This document shows positions 43,706 to 52,987 of a stretch of 64,000 nucleotides of DNA, in pieces; position 1 is the stretch's first letter; every line of letters begins with the position of its first letter. A model generated the notes under the pieces. The model worked only from the letters and a program-made list of their open reading frames with translations, ran no database searches and was not told the origin of the DNA. The stretch comes from Pedobacter sp. (GTDB lineage: Bacteria > Desulfobacterota > Desulfuromonadia > Desulfuromonadales > Syntrophotaleaceae), in contig JBFWJC010000001.1 in the NCBI GenBank assembly GCA_050253415.1, positions 1,320,679-1,384,678 on the forward strand. Reading direction: 5' to 3'. The position numbers and the translations under genes were made by a program.

Positions 43706-43780
43706 ATGACGATTCGATTGCACGCAAATGCCACAACAACCCCGAAAATTCCAAGATTGATCTGTCTGAATTCTGGGTGA
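43706..43780 (+). mobile_element. IS481-like transposase N-terminal fragment
   Basis: AAGGAG RBS followed by MTIRLHANATTTPKI. Confidence 0.5.
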
Positions 43781-43802
43781 GGCTCACAATCAGCCACGCA
43801 AT

Positions 43803-43838
43803 AAAAAAACGGTTCTCCTTGCAGGGAGGGCCGTTTTT
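43803..43838. terminator. bidirectional terminator
   Basis: A-tract, CGGTTCTCC/GGAGGGCCG stem, T-tract. Confidence 0.65.
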
Positions 43839-43948
43839 CTACGCAGGCTTCTGTGCCGAAATTGATCGCAGTTCAGTCAGATATTGCCGCCCTGCTGCCC
43901 GATTTGAGCCAATACGCCGCATTACACTGCAAAGTTGTGAATCAAAAA

Positions 43949-45289
43949 CTACTGCAGGCATTGCAACAGCCCCATGGCCCACTGACAGGCACCGCACGGC
44001 TCGTTGTTTGAAAAACAGTCCAGCATGAAGTTTTCCTCCTGCACCAAATTGCAGGGCGCCCCCCAGCAATTAGTGCAGTAGGGATAGTCGAATGCCAGCA
44101 CGTTGCGACGAAAGGTTTTGAACTCCTCGCCGTTCCAGATTTCCAGAAGCGGCCGCTCGCCCAGATTGCCGAATTCCTTAACTTTGATCAGCCGATCCCA
44201 GTCACTGATGTAACAACGGTACTGATGCCAGAGGTAATAGCAAGGATGGACGCCGCCATACCAGGAGATAAAAGCCGAACCGCCGGTGACGAAATCGCAC
44301 TTGCGTTCGGCCAAGGGAATGATCGCCGGCAGTTTGAGTTCGATTCCCATTTCATTTGCAACCCGCTGCGCCTCTTCGTAAACATCCTCCACTTCGGTCT
44401 GCAGCTTAATGTTCCGGCTGAGTATTTGCTTGACGTCAATAAAGATCTCCCGCCTGCGGGCCTCTGGTCGCATCTGGTTGACCAGTTTGTTGACACGGGA
44501 AACCCGCGGATCATGCTGCTGCTCCCTCCTCTGAGGGGGATAGTTGTAGAGGTGGATATCCAGCCCCATATCCGCCAGACGGTCCTTCCATTCGTCGAGC
44601 TGCGCCACCGCTGCTTCGCTGGCATTGTGGTAGGTAATCTGCTTCACGGACCCCGAATCGTAGGGCAAGGCCTGTGAAACGATGCAGAAATCGGCGCCGC
44701 GCTGCGCCACCCAGCGTACTGTGTCTGGTAGCTGACGAAAATTTTCGCGCATGGTGACGAACTCAACGCCGACTTTCAGGCGACTGCCCGATTGGGTTCG
44801 ACGGGCTTCAGCCAACACCGCAAAGGCCCGCTCCATATCGCTGATGTTCTCGCCTCCCCGAACCTTGTTGAAGGTTTCTGGTTTTACCCCGTCCACCGAC
44901 AGACAGATGCGGTCAAGCCCAGCGGCCACCAACTTGCGGGCAATGACCTGATTGAGAAGCAGGCCGTTGGACTGAAAACCGATCCAGGCGTCATCGGGCA
45001 TCGCTTGGCGGGCCCTCGCAATCCATTCGAGCAGGTGCGGATGCATGAGCGGCTCTCCGATCCCGTTAAGGACTAGTGATTCTAGTTGGGGAAAGGCCGG
45101 TTCCATTGCCGAAAAGAGTTCCTGGCTGAGGTCGCCGTCGGTCACCTGACTGTCCTGTGACTGTTTGACGCACATGGGACAACGCAGATTGCAGTGGGTG
45201 GTGGTCTCGACGAACAATTTGCTTGGGCAATTCCGCAACGCCGGTTCGGTCTCTGTTCCTTCTGTGTTCATGGTGTTAAGCATATGCAT
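43949..45289 (-). CDS. radical SAM/SPASM protein, putative metalloenzyme maturase
   Basis: CNLRCPMC and NGIGEP motifs; Cys-rich SPASM C-terminus (CDFV, HPCYY, CTNC, CGAC). Confidence 0.88.
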   Translation of the reverse strand: MHMLNTMNTEGTETEPALRNCPSKLFVETTTHCNLRCPMCVKQSQDSQVTDGDLSQELFSAMEPAFPQLESLVLNGIGEPLMHPHLLEWIARARQAMPDDAWIGFQSNGLLLNQVIARKLVAAGLDRICLSVDGVKPETFNKVRGGENISDMERAFAVLAEARRTQSGSRLKVGVEFVTMRENFRQLPDTVRWVAQRGADFCIVSQALPYDSGSVKQITYHNASEAAVAQLDEWKDRLADMGLDIHLYNYPPQRREQQHDPRVSRVNKLVNQMRPEARRREIFIDVKQILSRNIKLQTEVEDVYEEAQRVANEMGIELKLPAIIPLAERKCDFVTGGSAFISWYGGVHPCYYLWHQYRCYISDWDRLIKVKEFGNLGERPLLEIWNGEEFKTFRRNVLAFDYPYCTNCWGAPCNLVQEENFMLDCFSNNEPCGACQWAMGLLQCLQ

Positions 45290-45454
45290 ATTTCCCATTT
45301 GGCCAAATTGCCAAAGACGCATAAAAAAGAAACGTTATCTGTCGATAAATTAAAAAAGGGCGCCCCCTTTTGCACTTTGGATTCCAACACCGACTTAATG
45401 CATCCATAAAAATTCAAATCTATCCACCAAACAAAAGCTGCGGTAAAGCAACGC

Positions 45455-45690
45455 CGCCATAAATGGTTTGCCGCTAAGGTACTTTTCGCCCAGCTCAAAG
45501 ATACCATCCAGCAGTCCCAATTAGGCCGAATGCCCTGGCCAATTTTCTAGGCAGTCTTCTGATTGCCCCCCCCCAGCCACTTGGCCAAGAATACCGCAGA
45601 GACGCCCTTGCTGGAGTTGATTATGAAATACATGGCCAGAAGCCAGGTCCGGAGCGGCAATTTTGTGTTATTCATGGGTGTTTTGGTCGT
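45455..45690 (-). mobile_element. IS1595-like transposase remnant
   Basis: TKLPLRTWLLAMYFIINSSKGVSA...KTA* followed by LDGIFELGEKYLSGK, a degenerate version of the family's first acidic motif. Confidence 0.6.
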
Positions 45691-45810
45691 TACTGACAGA
45701 TGTCTAGAAACCGTGGAGACATCTGCACCAATCATTTTGCTCAATTTGCAAACGCAGCACTCTTGCTTTTCGAGCTCTTCGGCAATAAACAAGCGCGCCT
45801 GATGGGCCAT
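45691..45810 (-). pseudogene. ArsR-family regulator fragment
   Basis: AHQARLFIAEEL..ECCVCKLSKMIGADVSTVSRHLS, truncated by the IS remnant. Confidence 0.65.
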
Positions 45811-45992
45811 GGCCTAGAACAAACGGCGTGAGCCTCATGACGGTTTCTTTTACTTTGTTCCATATATTTGGTAATATAGATAAAAAACCGGAGCTGGTCA
45901 ATCACATTTGAATTATGGATATTCCGGTTTATCTCTTGCCTATAACTAAAGCCCCTTTACATGAGGGGTAAAACGATTTTCAAGGAGAAGTT

Positions 45993-47180
45993 ATGCAAGT
46001 CCCTTCAAGCGAATTGAAACAGCGAATGCATCGTTTCCGCCTGCGAATGGACCGCTCCGATCCCGATTGGAAGGCCGCTGTCATTTTTGGCAAGGTCAAC
46101 CAGTATTATTTCACGGGCACCATGCAGGACGGACTGTTGTGGATTCCGCGGGACGGCGAGGCGGTCTACTGGGTGCGCAAGAGTATCGAGCGGGCCCAGG
46201 ACGAATCGTTGTTCTCCCGTATCGAGCCTATGAACAGCTTTCGCGACGTGGCGGCGACAATCGATGTTCTGCCAGACAATCTACATCTCGAGTGCGAACT
46301 GGTTTCTCTGGGCCTGTTGCGGCGCTTTCAGAAGTACTTTCCGGCCAATGACATTCGGCCGGCCGATGGCGCCCTAGCGGCCGTCCGGGCAGTCAAAAGC
46401 CCCTATGAGTTGGACCTTATGCAGCGTGCTGGCGAGGTGCACCGGCGCATCCTTGAGGAGCGGGTCCCGACCCTGCTCGAAGAAGGTATGAGTGAAGTGG
46501 ATCTGGCGGGGCGGCTTTACCCGGTGATGATCGAAGAGGGGCATCACGGCGTGGCGCGGTTTGCCATGTTTCAGGCGGAGGTGGCCTTGGGGCATATCTG
46601 CTTCGGCGAAAGTTCTCTTTACCCAAGCTCCTTCGACGGTCCGGGCGGCAATTACGGCCTGCATCCGGCGGTGCCGATTCTCGGCAGCCGTCAGCACAGG
46701 CTGGCCAAGGGCGACCTGGTGTTCATCGATATCGCCTGCGGTTTGGACGGTTATCATACGGACAAAACCCAGACCTATCTGTTTGCAGGGACACTCGATG
46801 CCGCGGCGACGGCTGTGCATCGCCAGTGCGTGGCGATTCAGGATCAAATCGCCGAAAGGCTCCGGCCGGGCGCCATCCCTACCCAGATATACCAAGAAAT
46901 CATGACCTCGCTAGACGACGAGTTCCTGGTGAATTTCATGGGCTACGGTTCCCGTCCGGCGCGGTTCCTCGGCCACGGCATCGGTCTGCAGGTGGACGAA
47001 TCGCCGGTTATCGCCAAAGGATTTGACGAGCCCCTTGAAGAGGGCATGGTGCTGGCCTTGGAGCCGAAAAAGGGTATTGAAGGGGTCGGACTGGTCGGCA
47101 TCGAAAACACCTTCATCGTCACCGCCGAAGGGGGGCGATGCATTACTGGTGCCCATCCGGGACTGATGCCAGTATATTGA
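45993..47180 (+). CDS. M24 (Xaa-Pro aminopeptidase-like) family protein
   Basis: Metal ligands in DIACGLDGYHTD, GHGIG, LEPK and IEN; AAGGAG RBS. Confidence 0.88.
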   Translation: MQVPSSELKQRMHRFRLRMDRSDPDWKAAVIFGKVNQYYFTGTMQDGLLWIPRDGEAVYWVRKSIERAQDESLFSRIEPMNSFRDVAATIDVLPDNLHLECELVSLGLLRRFQKYFPANDIRPADGALAAVRAVKSPYELDLMQRAGEVHRRILEERVPTLLEEGMSEVDLAGRLYPVMIEEGHHGVARFAMFQAEVALGHICFGESSLYPSSFDGPGGNYGLHPAVPILGSRQHRLAKGDLVFIDIACGLDGYHTDKTQTYLFAGTLDAAATAVHRQCVAIQDQIAERLRPGAIPTQIYQEIMTSLDDEFLVNFMGYGSRPARFLGHGIGLQVDESPVIAKGFDEPLEEGMVLALEPKKGIEGVGLVGIENTFIVTAEGGRCITGAHPGLMPVY

Positions 47181-47303
47181 AACTTAGTAGTAAGTATTTG
47201 TTTTTTAAACGAATCTATTCACGAAAAAAGTGATCCGATGATAAGTCCAGACAATCATGGCTGAAAATCCGATCCGACAAGGAACGGCGGGGAATGACAG
47301 GCA

Positions 47304-47600
47304 TTAGATTTTAGGTTCCGCATGATCCCTGACCTGTTTATGGAAAAGTTTTAGTTTCTTTTTCTGCCAATTATTCAGGGTCTCTCCGGGAGTTCTATGC
47401 CCCAACGTTCGCTGAGGAATGTGGTGGCTGTATAGATACCCATAACGCAACAATGTCTGTTTTAAATTTTCGGCGGAATCGAACCGGGTTGTTGACAAAA
47501 CCTCGCTGATGCGGCCATTGAATTGCTCCACCATGCAGTTGGACTGAGGGTGGTCTGGCGGGATGAGGTAGGCTGGAAAAATTGGACACCAATCTGATAG
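47304..47600 (-). mobile_element. IS481-like transposase C-terminal fragment
   Basis: HPQSNCMVEQFNGRI...YSHHIPQRTLGHRTP. Confidence 0.6.
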
Positions 47601-47663
47601 CCTACCTCAGACTGAAATGCCCCTGATTTTCTCGACACTTTTGGCATATGGTTAGAATTAGAA

Positions 47664-48736
47664 GGCGGATTCAACTAGCAAATGCAACGGAGTCCTGACT
47701 GAAGAATACCTCGCTTGGGGTTCGATAACCAAGGCACTTTCTTGGTCGATTATTCAGCCGCTCCATCGCAAACTGAATCTCTTCGTCAGTGACCGTTCTC
47801 AAGTCACGGTCCTTGGGAAAATACTGGCGAATCAGGCCGTTCATGTTTTCGTTGGTCCCGCGCTCCCATGATGCGTAGGGGCGGGCAAAGTAAAAATCGG
47901 CTTTTAGGGCCTGTGCAATATCTTTATGTTGAGCAAACTCCTTGCCGTTGTCCGAGGTCAGCGTATGAACTCGATCGGCATGGGGACTGAGTAATCGAAT
48001 GATCGTTGTTGCCACCTGGGAGGCGGTTTTCTGTTCCACTTTGGCAATGAGGGACAGGCGAGCTTTGCGGTCCGTCAGAGAAACAATGGCTTGTTTGTGC
48101 CCCTTGCCAATAACCGTATCGAGTTCGCAATCGCCCAGGCGAGAACGGTCTTCTACAATGGCAGGCCGGGTTTCGATGCATTGCCGATCCGGTAGCTGAC
48201 CACGACGATCTCTGGCGCCATAACGTTTCTTACGTTGTTTTTGACAACGACGATGCTTGTACAGGTCGCCTCCATTACCTTTATCCGCCAGAACGTATTG
48301 GTAGATTCGTTTATGGCTCACCGAGGGGCGACCGGTTCTGCACAACCAACCGGAGATCTGCTCGGGGCTCCAGTCGAGTTGAAGATAACTTTCGATCAAG
48401 GACCAGGTTTCAGCCGTGATTCGCTTGCGAGGCTTTTCTCGGTATCTTTTCTGGGTCAGTTGATGGGCCTGCTTGGGGCGATAGCACCGTTGCCCGCAGT
48501 TGCGCTTGAGTTCACGGCTAATCGTTGCCTTGTGTACTCCGAGCACTTCGGCAATTTTGGTTTGCGAATGTCCTGCTTTCTTGAGAGCGTAAATCTGGTA
48601 TCTTTGCTCTCGGGCAAGCTGTGTGTAGCGTCTCATCTGTGCTCCTTTGACCGGCCAGTCTAAGTGGCACAGATGCTACCGCAGCTTGCTCATTTAAACC
48701 AACCGTGCAAAGTTGCACTTACGAATTGAATCTAGG
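47664..48736 (-). mobile_element. IS30-family element, copy 1
   Basis: 1073 bp; imperfect IRs GGCGGATTCAACTAGCAAATGCAAC / CCTAGATTCAATTCGTAAGTGCAAC. Confidence 0.9.
47671..48636 (-). CDS. IS30-family transposase
   Basis: WSPEQI, DTVIG, DNGKEF, WERGTNEN and LNNRPRK motifs. Confidence 0.95.
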   Translation of the reverse strand: MRRYTQLAREQRYQIYALKKAGHSQTKIAEVLGVHKATISRELKRNCGQRCYRPKQAHQLTQKRYREKPRKRITAETWSLIESYLQLDWSPEQISGWLCRTGRPSVSHKRIYQYVLADKGNGGDLYKHRRCQKQRKKRYGARDRRGQLPDRQCIETRPAIVEDRSRLGDCELDTVIGKGHKQAIVSLTDRKARLSLIAKVEQKTASQVATTIIRLLSPHADRVHTLTSDNGKEFAQHKDIAQALKADFYFARPYASWERGTNENMNGLIRQYFPKDRDLRTVTDEEIQFAMERLNNRPRKCLGYRTPSEVFFSQDSVAFAS

Positions 48737-48829
48737 TAAGGATAATCAAGGCTTTCCAGTTTTGCCGTAATTGCGAGGTTTAGATCTTCCAAAAAAGATT
48801 AAAGTCTATAAAATCAGTTACCTAGAAAT

Positions 48830-48885
48830 AAATAGCCAAACAATATAAAAATTATCTTGCAATAAAAAAAAGACTCGTATAAAAC
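48830..48885 (+). promoter_or_regulatory. AAATAGCCAAA motif plus sigma70-like promoter (aor)
   Basis: Motif at 48830-40, TTGCAA at 48857 and TATAAAAC at about 48878. Confidence 0.65.
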
Positions 48886-48944
48886 TCTTAGCAAGGACGC
48901 CCTTTGTCCTGCTTTTGTTCCCCCCCCCAAGCATAGAATTACAG

Positions 48945-49050
48945 TCTGCTGTCTCCGAGCCTGACAACCTAAAAGGATAACCCTCAAGGAAGTCAGGCCA
49001 GCAGGGTTTCGTTGGAAACGGCGGAGCCTCCCCTTCGGAAAGGAGATTCG
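48945..49050 (+). ncRNA. Moco/Wco-type (molybdenum/tungsten cofactor) riboswitch
   Basis: CTCCGAGCC..ACCTAA..GGCC..AGGGT..GAAA..GCCTCCC..GGAAAGGAG matches the Moco RNA pattern as recalled. Stems TCTCC/GGAGA and GCCTGAC/GTCAGGC are visible, and the element lies upstream of a pterin enzyme. Confidence 0.85.
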
Positions 49051-49090
49051 TTGACTACGCGTAACCTCATCGGAGGAAGGGAGAAAATAC

Positions 49091-50977
49091 ATGTTAGGTG
49101 GGTATTGGCAGAAAATCGCTGTAATCGATTTGACCACGGAAAAGGTGGATTACATCAAGCCCAGTGAAGACGATCTTAAAAAATTCATAGGCGGGAGCGG
49201 CTTGGGTGCCAAGCTTCTGTATGAAAACACTAAGCCAGGCATTGACCCTCTGGGCCCGGAAAATGTCCTGATCTGCATGACTGGTCCTTATGTTGGGACC
49301 AAGGTAGCTCAATCGGGTCGTTGGGAACTGATCACAAAGGGGCCCCTGACCGGGGTTTACCTTGAGGCTGACTGCGGTGGTAAATGGGGTGCAACCCTCA
49401 AGTCCTGCGGCCTTGACGGCCTGATGGTTAAGGGCAAGGCCAAACAGCCGGTTTATATCACCATCGAAGACGACAAGATCGAGATTAAAAAAGCCGACCA
49501 TCTGTGGGGTAAAGGTACCTTTGAAACCGACGAAATTCTCAAAGAGGAGTTGGGCAGAGGTTCTCAGGCAATCTCTATCGGTCAGGCCGGAGAAAAATTG
49601 GTTAAATTTGCTTCAATCATGACTGATGGTCGCGAAGGCCGTGCGGCAGGCCGTGGTGGTGGCGGTGCTGTTATGGGCTCGAAAAATCTTAAAGCGATTG
49701 CCTGTAAAGGCACCAAGAAAGTCGCCATCGCCAGACCGGAACCCTATGAAGAACTGGTCAAGGATATCCGCGCCAAGACACTGGAGGTTCATGACGGACC
49801 GCTTGGCGAATATGGCACCTCCTGCGCTGTACAGATCTTCAATGATTGCGGCGATCTGCCGATCAAAAACTGGCTGTGGGGTAGCTGGGACAAGGCCAGC
49901 AAGGTTTCCGGCCAGGAGTTGGCCAAAACCGTCCTCAAAAAACGCTACCATTGCGGCGGATGTTTGATCGGGTGTGGCCGTACCGTAGAGATCCCCGCGG
50001 GGGCATTCCAAATGAAGGAGGGTGGCGGTCCCGAGTACGAAACCCTTGGCTTGCTTGGCTCCAACTGCCTGGTTGACGATGTTGAAGCTATCTGCAAGGG
50101 TAACGAATTGTGCAACGATTACGGCGTTGACACCATCGAAGCCGCCGGGATCATCTCCTTCCTTATGGAGGCCTGGGAACATGGCATGATCGACAAGGAC
50201 GATACCGACGGTCTGGAGATGACCTGGGGTAACGGCCTCGCCATGTGCGAGATGCTAAAGAAACTCTGTTTGCGCGAAGGTATCGGCGAGCCTTGCTCCC
50301 AGGGCATCTTGGAAGCTGTCAAGCGCGTCGGTCCGGCCAGCGAAGAATTTGCCATTCATACCAAGGGGATGCTTTTCCCCGCCCATGACCCCCGTGGTCG
50401 CGGCGGTCTAGGGGTTGCTTACGCAACTTCCAACCGCGGTGCCTGTCATATGCAGGCCTACAATCAGGACTTTGAGGGCGAAGGTTGCTTCAATATCGCC
50501 GACCTGGGCTACGATGCGCCGATGCCCCCCTACACCAACGAAGGCAAAGGCAAGTTCGTCGCTGACCAGCAGCATTTCATGAGTATGATGGATTCGCTGA
50601 AACTCTGCAAATTCTCCGTCTTCGGCGGCATGACCGTCGGTCCCATGACCCAGTTCCTCAACCACATCACTGGTTGGGATTTCACCAACGAACAGTGGAT
50701 CGAATGCGGCGAGCGGATTTTCAACCTGAAACGTCTGTTCAATACCCGCGAAGGCATCAGCCGTAAAGACGATACCCTGCCGGCTCGTATCCTCTCCAGC
50801 CCTCGCCAGGGTGGTTCTGGCGACTATGTGCCTGACTTGGGCTTTATGTTGCGCGACTACTATCGCGCTCGCGGCTGGGACGAGTGGGGTATCCCCACGC
50901 CGGAAACCCTTGAGCGACTCGGCCTGGATGGCTATGAGTACCGTAAGGGCAAGCGCACGACGGAAAACCAGCGGTAA
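49091..50977 (+). CDS. aor: tungsten-type aldehyde:ferredoxin oxidoreductase
   Basis: GRGGGGAVMGSKNLK, CGGCLIGC, GPEYET, DYGVDTI, NRGACH and DSLKLC motifs. Confidence 0.93.
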   Translation: MLGGYWQKIAVIDLTTEKVDYIKPSEDDLKKFIGGSGLGAKLLYENTKPGIDPLGPENVLICMTGPYVGTKVAQSGRWELITKGPLTGVYLEADCGGKWGATLKSCGLDGLMVKGKAKQPVYITIEDDKIEIKKADHLWGKGTFETDEILKEELGRGSQAISIGQAGEKLVKFASIMTDGREGRAAGRGGGGAVMGSKNLKAIACKGTKKVAIARPEPYEELVKDIRAKTLEVHDGPLGEYGTSCAVQIFNDCGDLPIKNWLWGSWDKASKVSGQELAKTVLKKRYHCGGCLIGCGRTVEIPAGAFQMKEGGGPEYETLGLLGSNCLVDDVEAICKGNELCNDYGVDTIEAAGIISFLMEAWEHGMIDKDDTDGLEMTWGNGLAMCEMLKKLCLREGIGEPCSQGILEAVKRVGPASEEFAIHTKGMLFPAHDPRGRGGLGVAYATSNRGACHMQAYNQDFEGEGCFNIADLGYDAPMPPYTNEGKGKFVADQQHFMSMMDSLKLCKFSVFGGMTVGPMTQFLNHITGWDFTNEQWIECGERIFNLKRLFNTREGISRKDDTLPARILSSPRQGGSGDYVPDLGFMLRDYYRARGWDEWGIPTPETLERLGLDGYEYRKGKRTTENQR

Positions 50978-51101
50978 TTAAAACTGCCAGGAGAAATCTG
51001 GCTGACAGGAGTAAGGGCCGGTTCGTCTTGTCTCATCAAGTGATGCTGCGAACCGGCCTCTGGTGCACGTCCGGATTTCATTGTATTCAAGGGAGATATA
51101 C

Positions 51102-51305
51102 ATGTCGATGGTGGTATTAAAAACCGACAGAATTCCCGATGGTGAGACGGTTACGCTATTGGCCTTGCTGCGCTTAAATGATCTCAGTCCTGCTACTGTC
51201 ATGGTTCGGGTGGAAGGCAAGGTTATCCAAAAACAGGATTTTGATAACCTTGCAATTTCCAGAGGGACAATTGTTAAAGCCTATCCGTTTGTTGGCGGGG
51301 GGTAA
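51102..51305 (+). CDS. ThiS/MoaD-like sulfur carrier
   Basis: 67 aa ending FVGGG; GGAG RBS. Confidence 0.85.
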   Translation: MSMVVLKTDRIPDGETVTLLALLRLNDLSPATVMVRVEGKVIQKQDFDNLAISRGTIVKAYPFVGGG

Positions 51306-51609
51306 GTGCTCAAGGCGAGCAGCATGCCGATAACCAACGGCAGCGAAAACTATTGATCGATGCCATTGGGAGGATGACAAGGCAACTTGGAACTTCCAAG
51401 CAGCCCTCACCCCTGCATGGTGGGGGCTGTACGGTCCCTTCAGCCAGTGGCAACGGTTGGCGTGTGGGATTTCACATCTTTAAAGAGCAAGGGGAGGATT
51501 TCCGCGAGATTTCATGCCCCCTTGTCTCCTTGGCGGAGGCACGACCCAATGCGTGTCTTCGCCATTTTTTATAAAGCCCTTTTTTGCACAAAGGGTTGTA
51601 GAATTCGAA

Positions 51610-52682
51610 GGCGGATTCAACTAGCAAGTGCAACGGAATCCTGAATGAAGAATACCTCGTTCGGGGTTCGATAACCAAGGCACTTTCTTGGTCGATTATT
51701 CAGCCGCTCCATCGCAAACTGAATCTCTTCGTCAGTGACCGTTCTCAAGTCACGGTCCTTGGGAAAATACTGGCGAATCAGGCCGTTCATGTTTTCGTTG
51801 GTCCCGCGCTCCCATGATGCGTAGGGGCGGGCAAAGTAAAAATCGGCTTTTAGGGCCTGTGCAATATCTTTATGTTGAGCAAACTCCTTGCCGTTGTCCG
51901 AGGTCAGCGTATGAACTCGATCGGCATGGGGACTGAGTAATCGAATGATCGTTGTTGCCACCTGGGAGGCGGTTTTCTGTTCCACTTTGGCAATGAGGGA
52001 CAGGCGAGCTTTGCGGTCCGTCAGAGAAACAATGGCTTGTTTGTGCCCCTTGCCAATAACCGTATCGAGTTCGCAATCGCCCAGGCGAGAACGGTCTTCT
52101 ACAATGGCAGGCCGGGTTTCGATGCATTGCCGATCCGGTAGCTGACCACGACGATCTCTGGCGCCATAACGTTTCTTACGTTGTTTTTGACAACGACGAT
52201 GCTTGTACAGGTCGCCTCCATTACCTTTATCCGCCAGAACGTATTGGTAGATTCGTTTATGGCTCACCGAGGGGCGACCGGTTCTGCACAACCAACCGGA
52301 GATCTGCTCGGGGCTCCAGTCGAGTTGAAGATAACTTTCGATCAAGGACCAGGTTTCAGCCGTGATTCGCTTGCGAGGCTTTTCTCGGTATCTTTTCTGG
52401 GTCAGTTGATGGGCCTGCTTGGGGCGATAGCACCGTTGCCCGCAGTTGCGCTTGAGTTCACGGCTAATCGTTGCCTTGTGTACTCCGAGCACTTCGGCAA
52501 TTTTGGTTTGCGAATGTCCTGCTTTCTTGAGAGCGTAAATCTGGTATCTTTGCTCTCGGGCAAGCTGCGTGTAGCGTCTCATCTGTGCTCCTTTGACCGG
52601 CCAGTCTAAGTGGCACAGATGCTACCGCAGCTTGCTCATTTAAACCAACCGTGCAAAGTTGCACTTACGAATTGAATCTGGA
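51610..52682 (-). mobile_element. IS30-family element, copy 2
   Basis: Same length and orientation as copy 1; differs by only a few substitutions. Confidence 0.9.
51617..52582 (-). CDS. IS30-family transposase
   Basis: Identical to the copy 1 protein except three C-terminal residues. Confidence 0.95.
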   Translation of the reverse strand: MRRYTQLAREQRYQIYALKKAGHSQTKIAEVLGVHKATISRELKRNCGQRCYRPKQAHQLTQKRYREKPRKRITAETWSLIESYLQLDWSPEQISGWLCRTGRPSVSHKRIYQYVLADKGNGGDLYKHRRCQKQRKKRYGARDRRGQLPDRQCIETRPAIVEDRSRLGDCELDTVIGKGHKQAIVSLTDRKARLSLIAKVEQKTASQVATTIIRLLSPHADRVHTLTSDNGKEFAQHKDIAQALKADFYFARPYASWERGTNENMNGLIRQYFPKDRDLRTVTDEEIQFAMERLNNRPRKCLGYRTPNEVFFIQDSVALAS

Positions 52683-52709
52683 GAAAGTAAAAGAAGATTC
52701 AACTTAAAT

Positions 52710-52764
52710 TAATAGCCAAATATTTCAAATATTATTTGACTTGGTTTTTGTTCTGGTATACGCT
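52710..52764 (+). promoter_or_regulatory. TAATAGCCAAA motif plus sigma70-like promoter (thiF)
   Basis: Motif at 52710-20; TTGACT at 52736; TACGCT 17 bp later. Confidence 0.65.
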
Positions 52765-52987
52765 GTTAACAACAACGGGGGAATGCAATCTTCCCTAATT
52801 CAAACCTCCACCATGGCCCGGGGATGGGCTATGGTGGAGGAATGATTAGGCTCGGTATGCAGCCTTTCGTGTTTGTGCGTAGGATCTGGGTGTTGGTTAA
52901 CAAAAATCTTGTCGCCACTTCTTAGCCCCTGGTCTGGAGGCTAGCCCGAGTCATTAAGGCGCGACCATTAAGAATGAGTCTACAGAA

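Noticed and set aside
42908..43780. 290-aa plus-strand ORF
   Set aside because: It is an antisense read through pseudogene and intergenic DNA, ending in an IS481 fragment.
43706..47600. IS481 fragments as a composite transposon around the radical SAM and M24 genes
   Set aside because: The fragments are short and in opposite orientation, and no IRs could be identified.
48920..48928. C9 tract in the aor leader as a phase-variation switch
   Set aside because: It is outside the promoter spacer and coding sequence, and one sequence gives no evidence of length variation.
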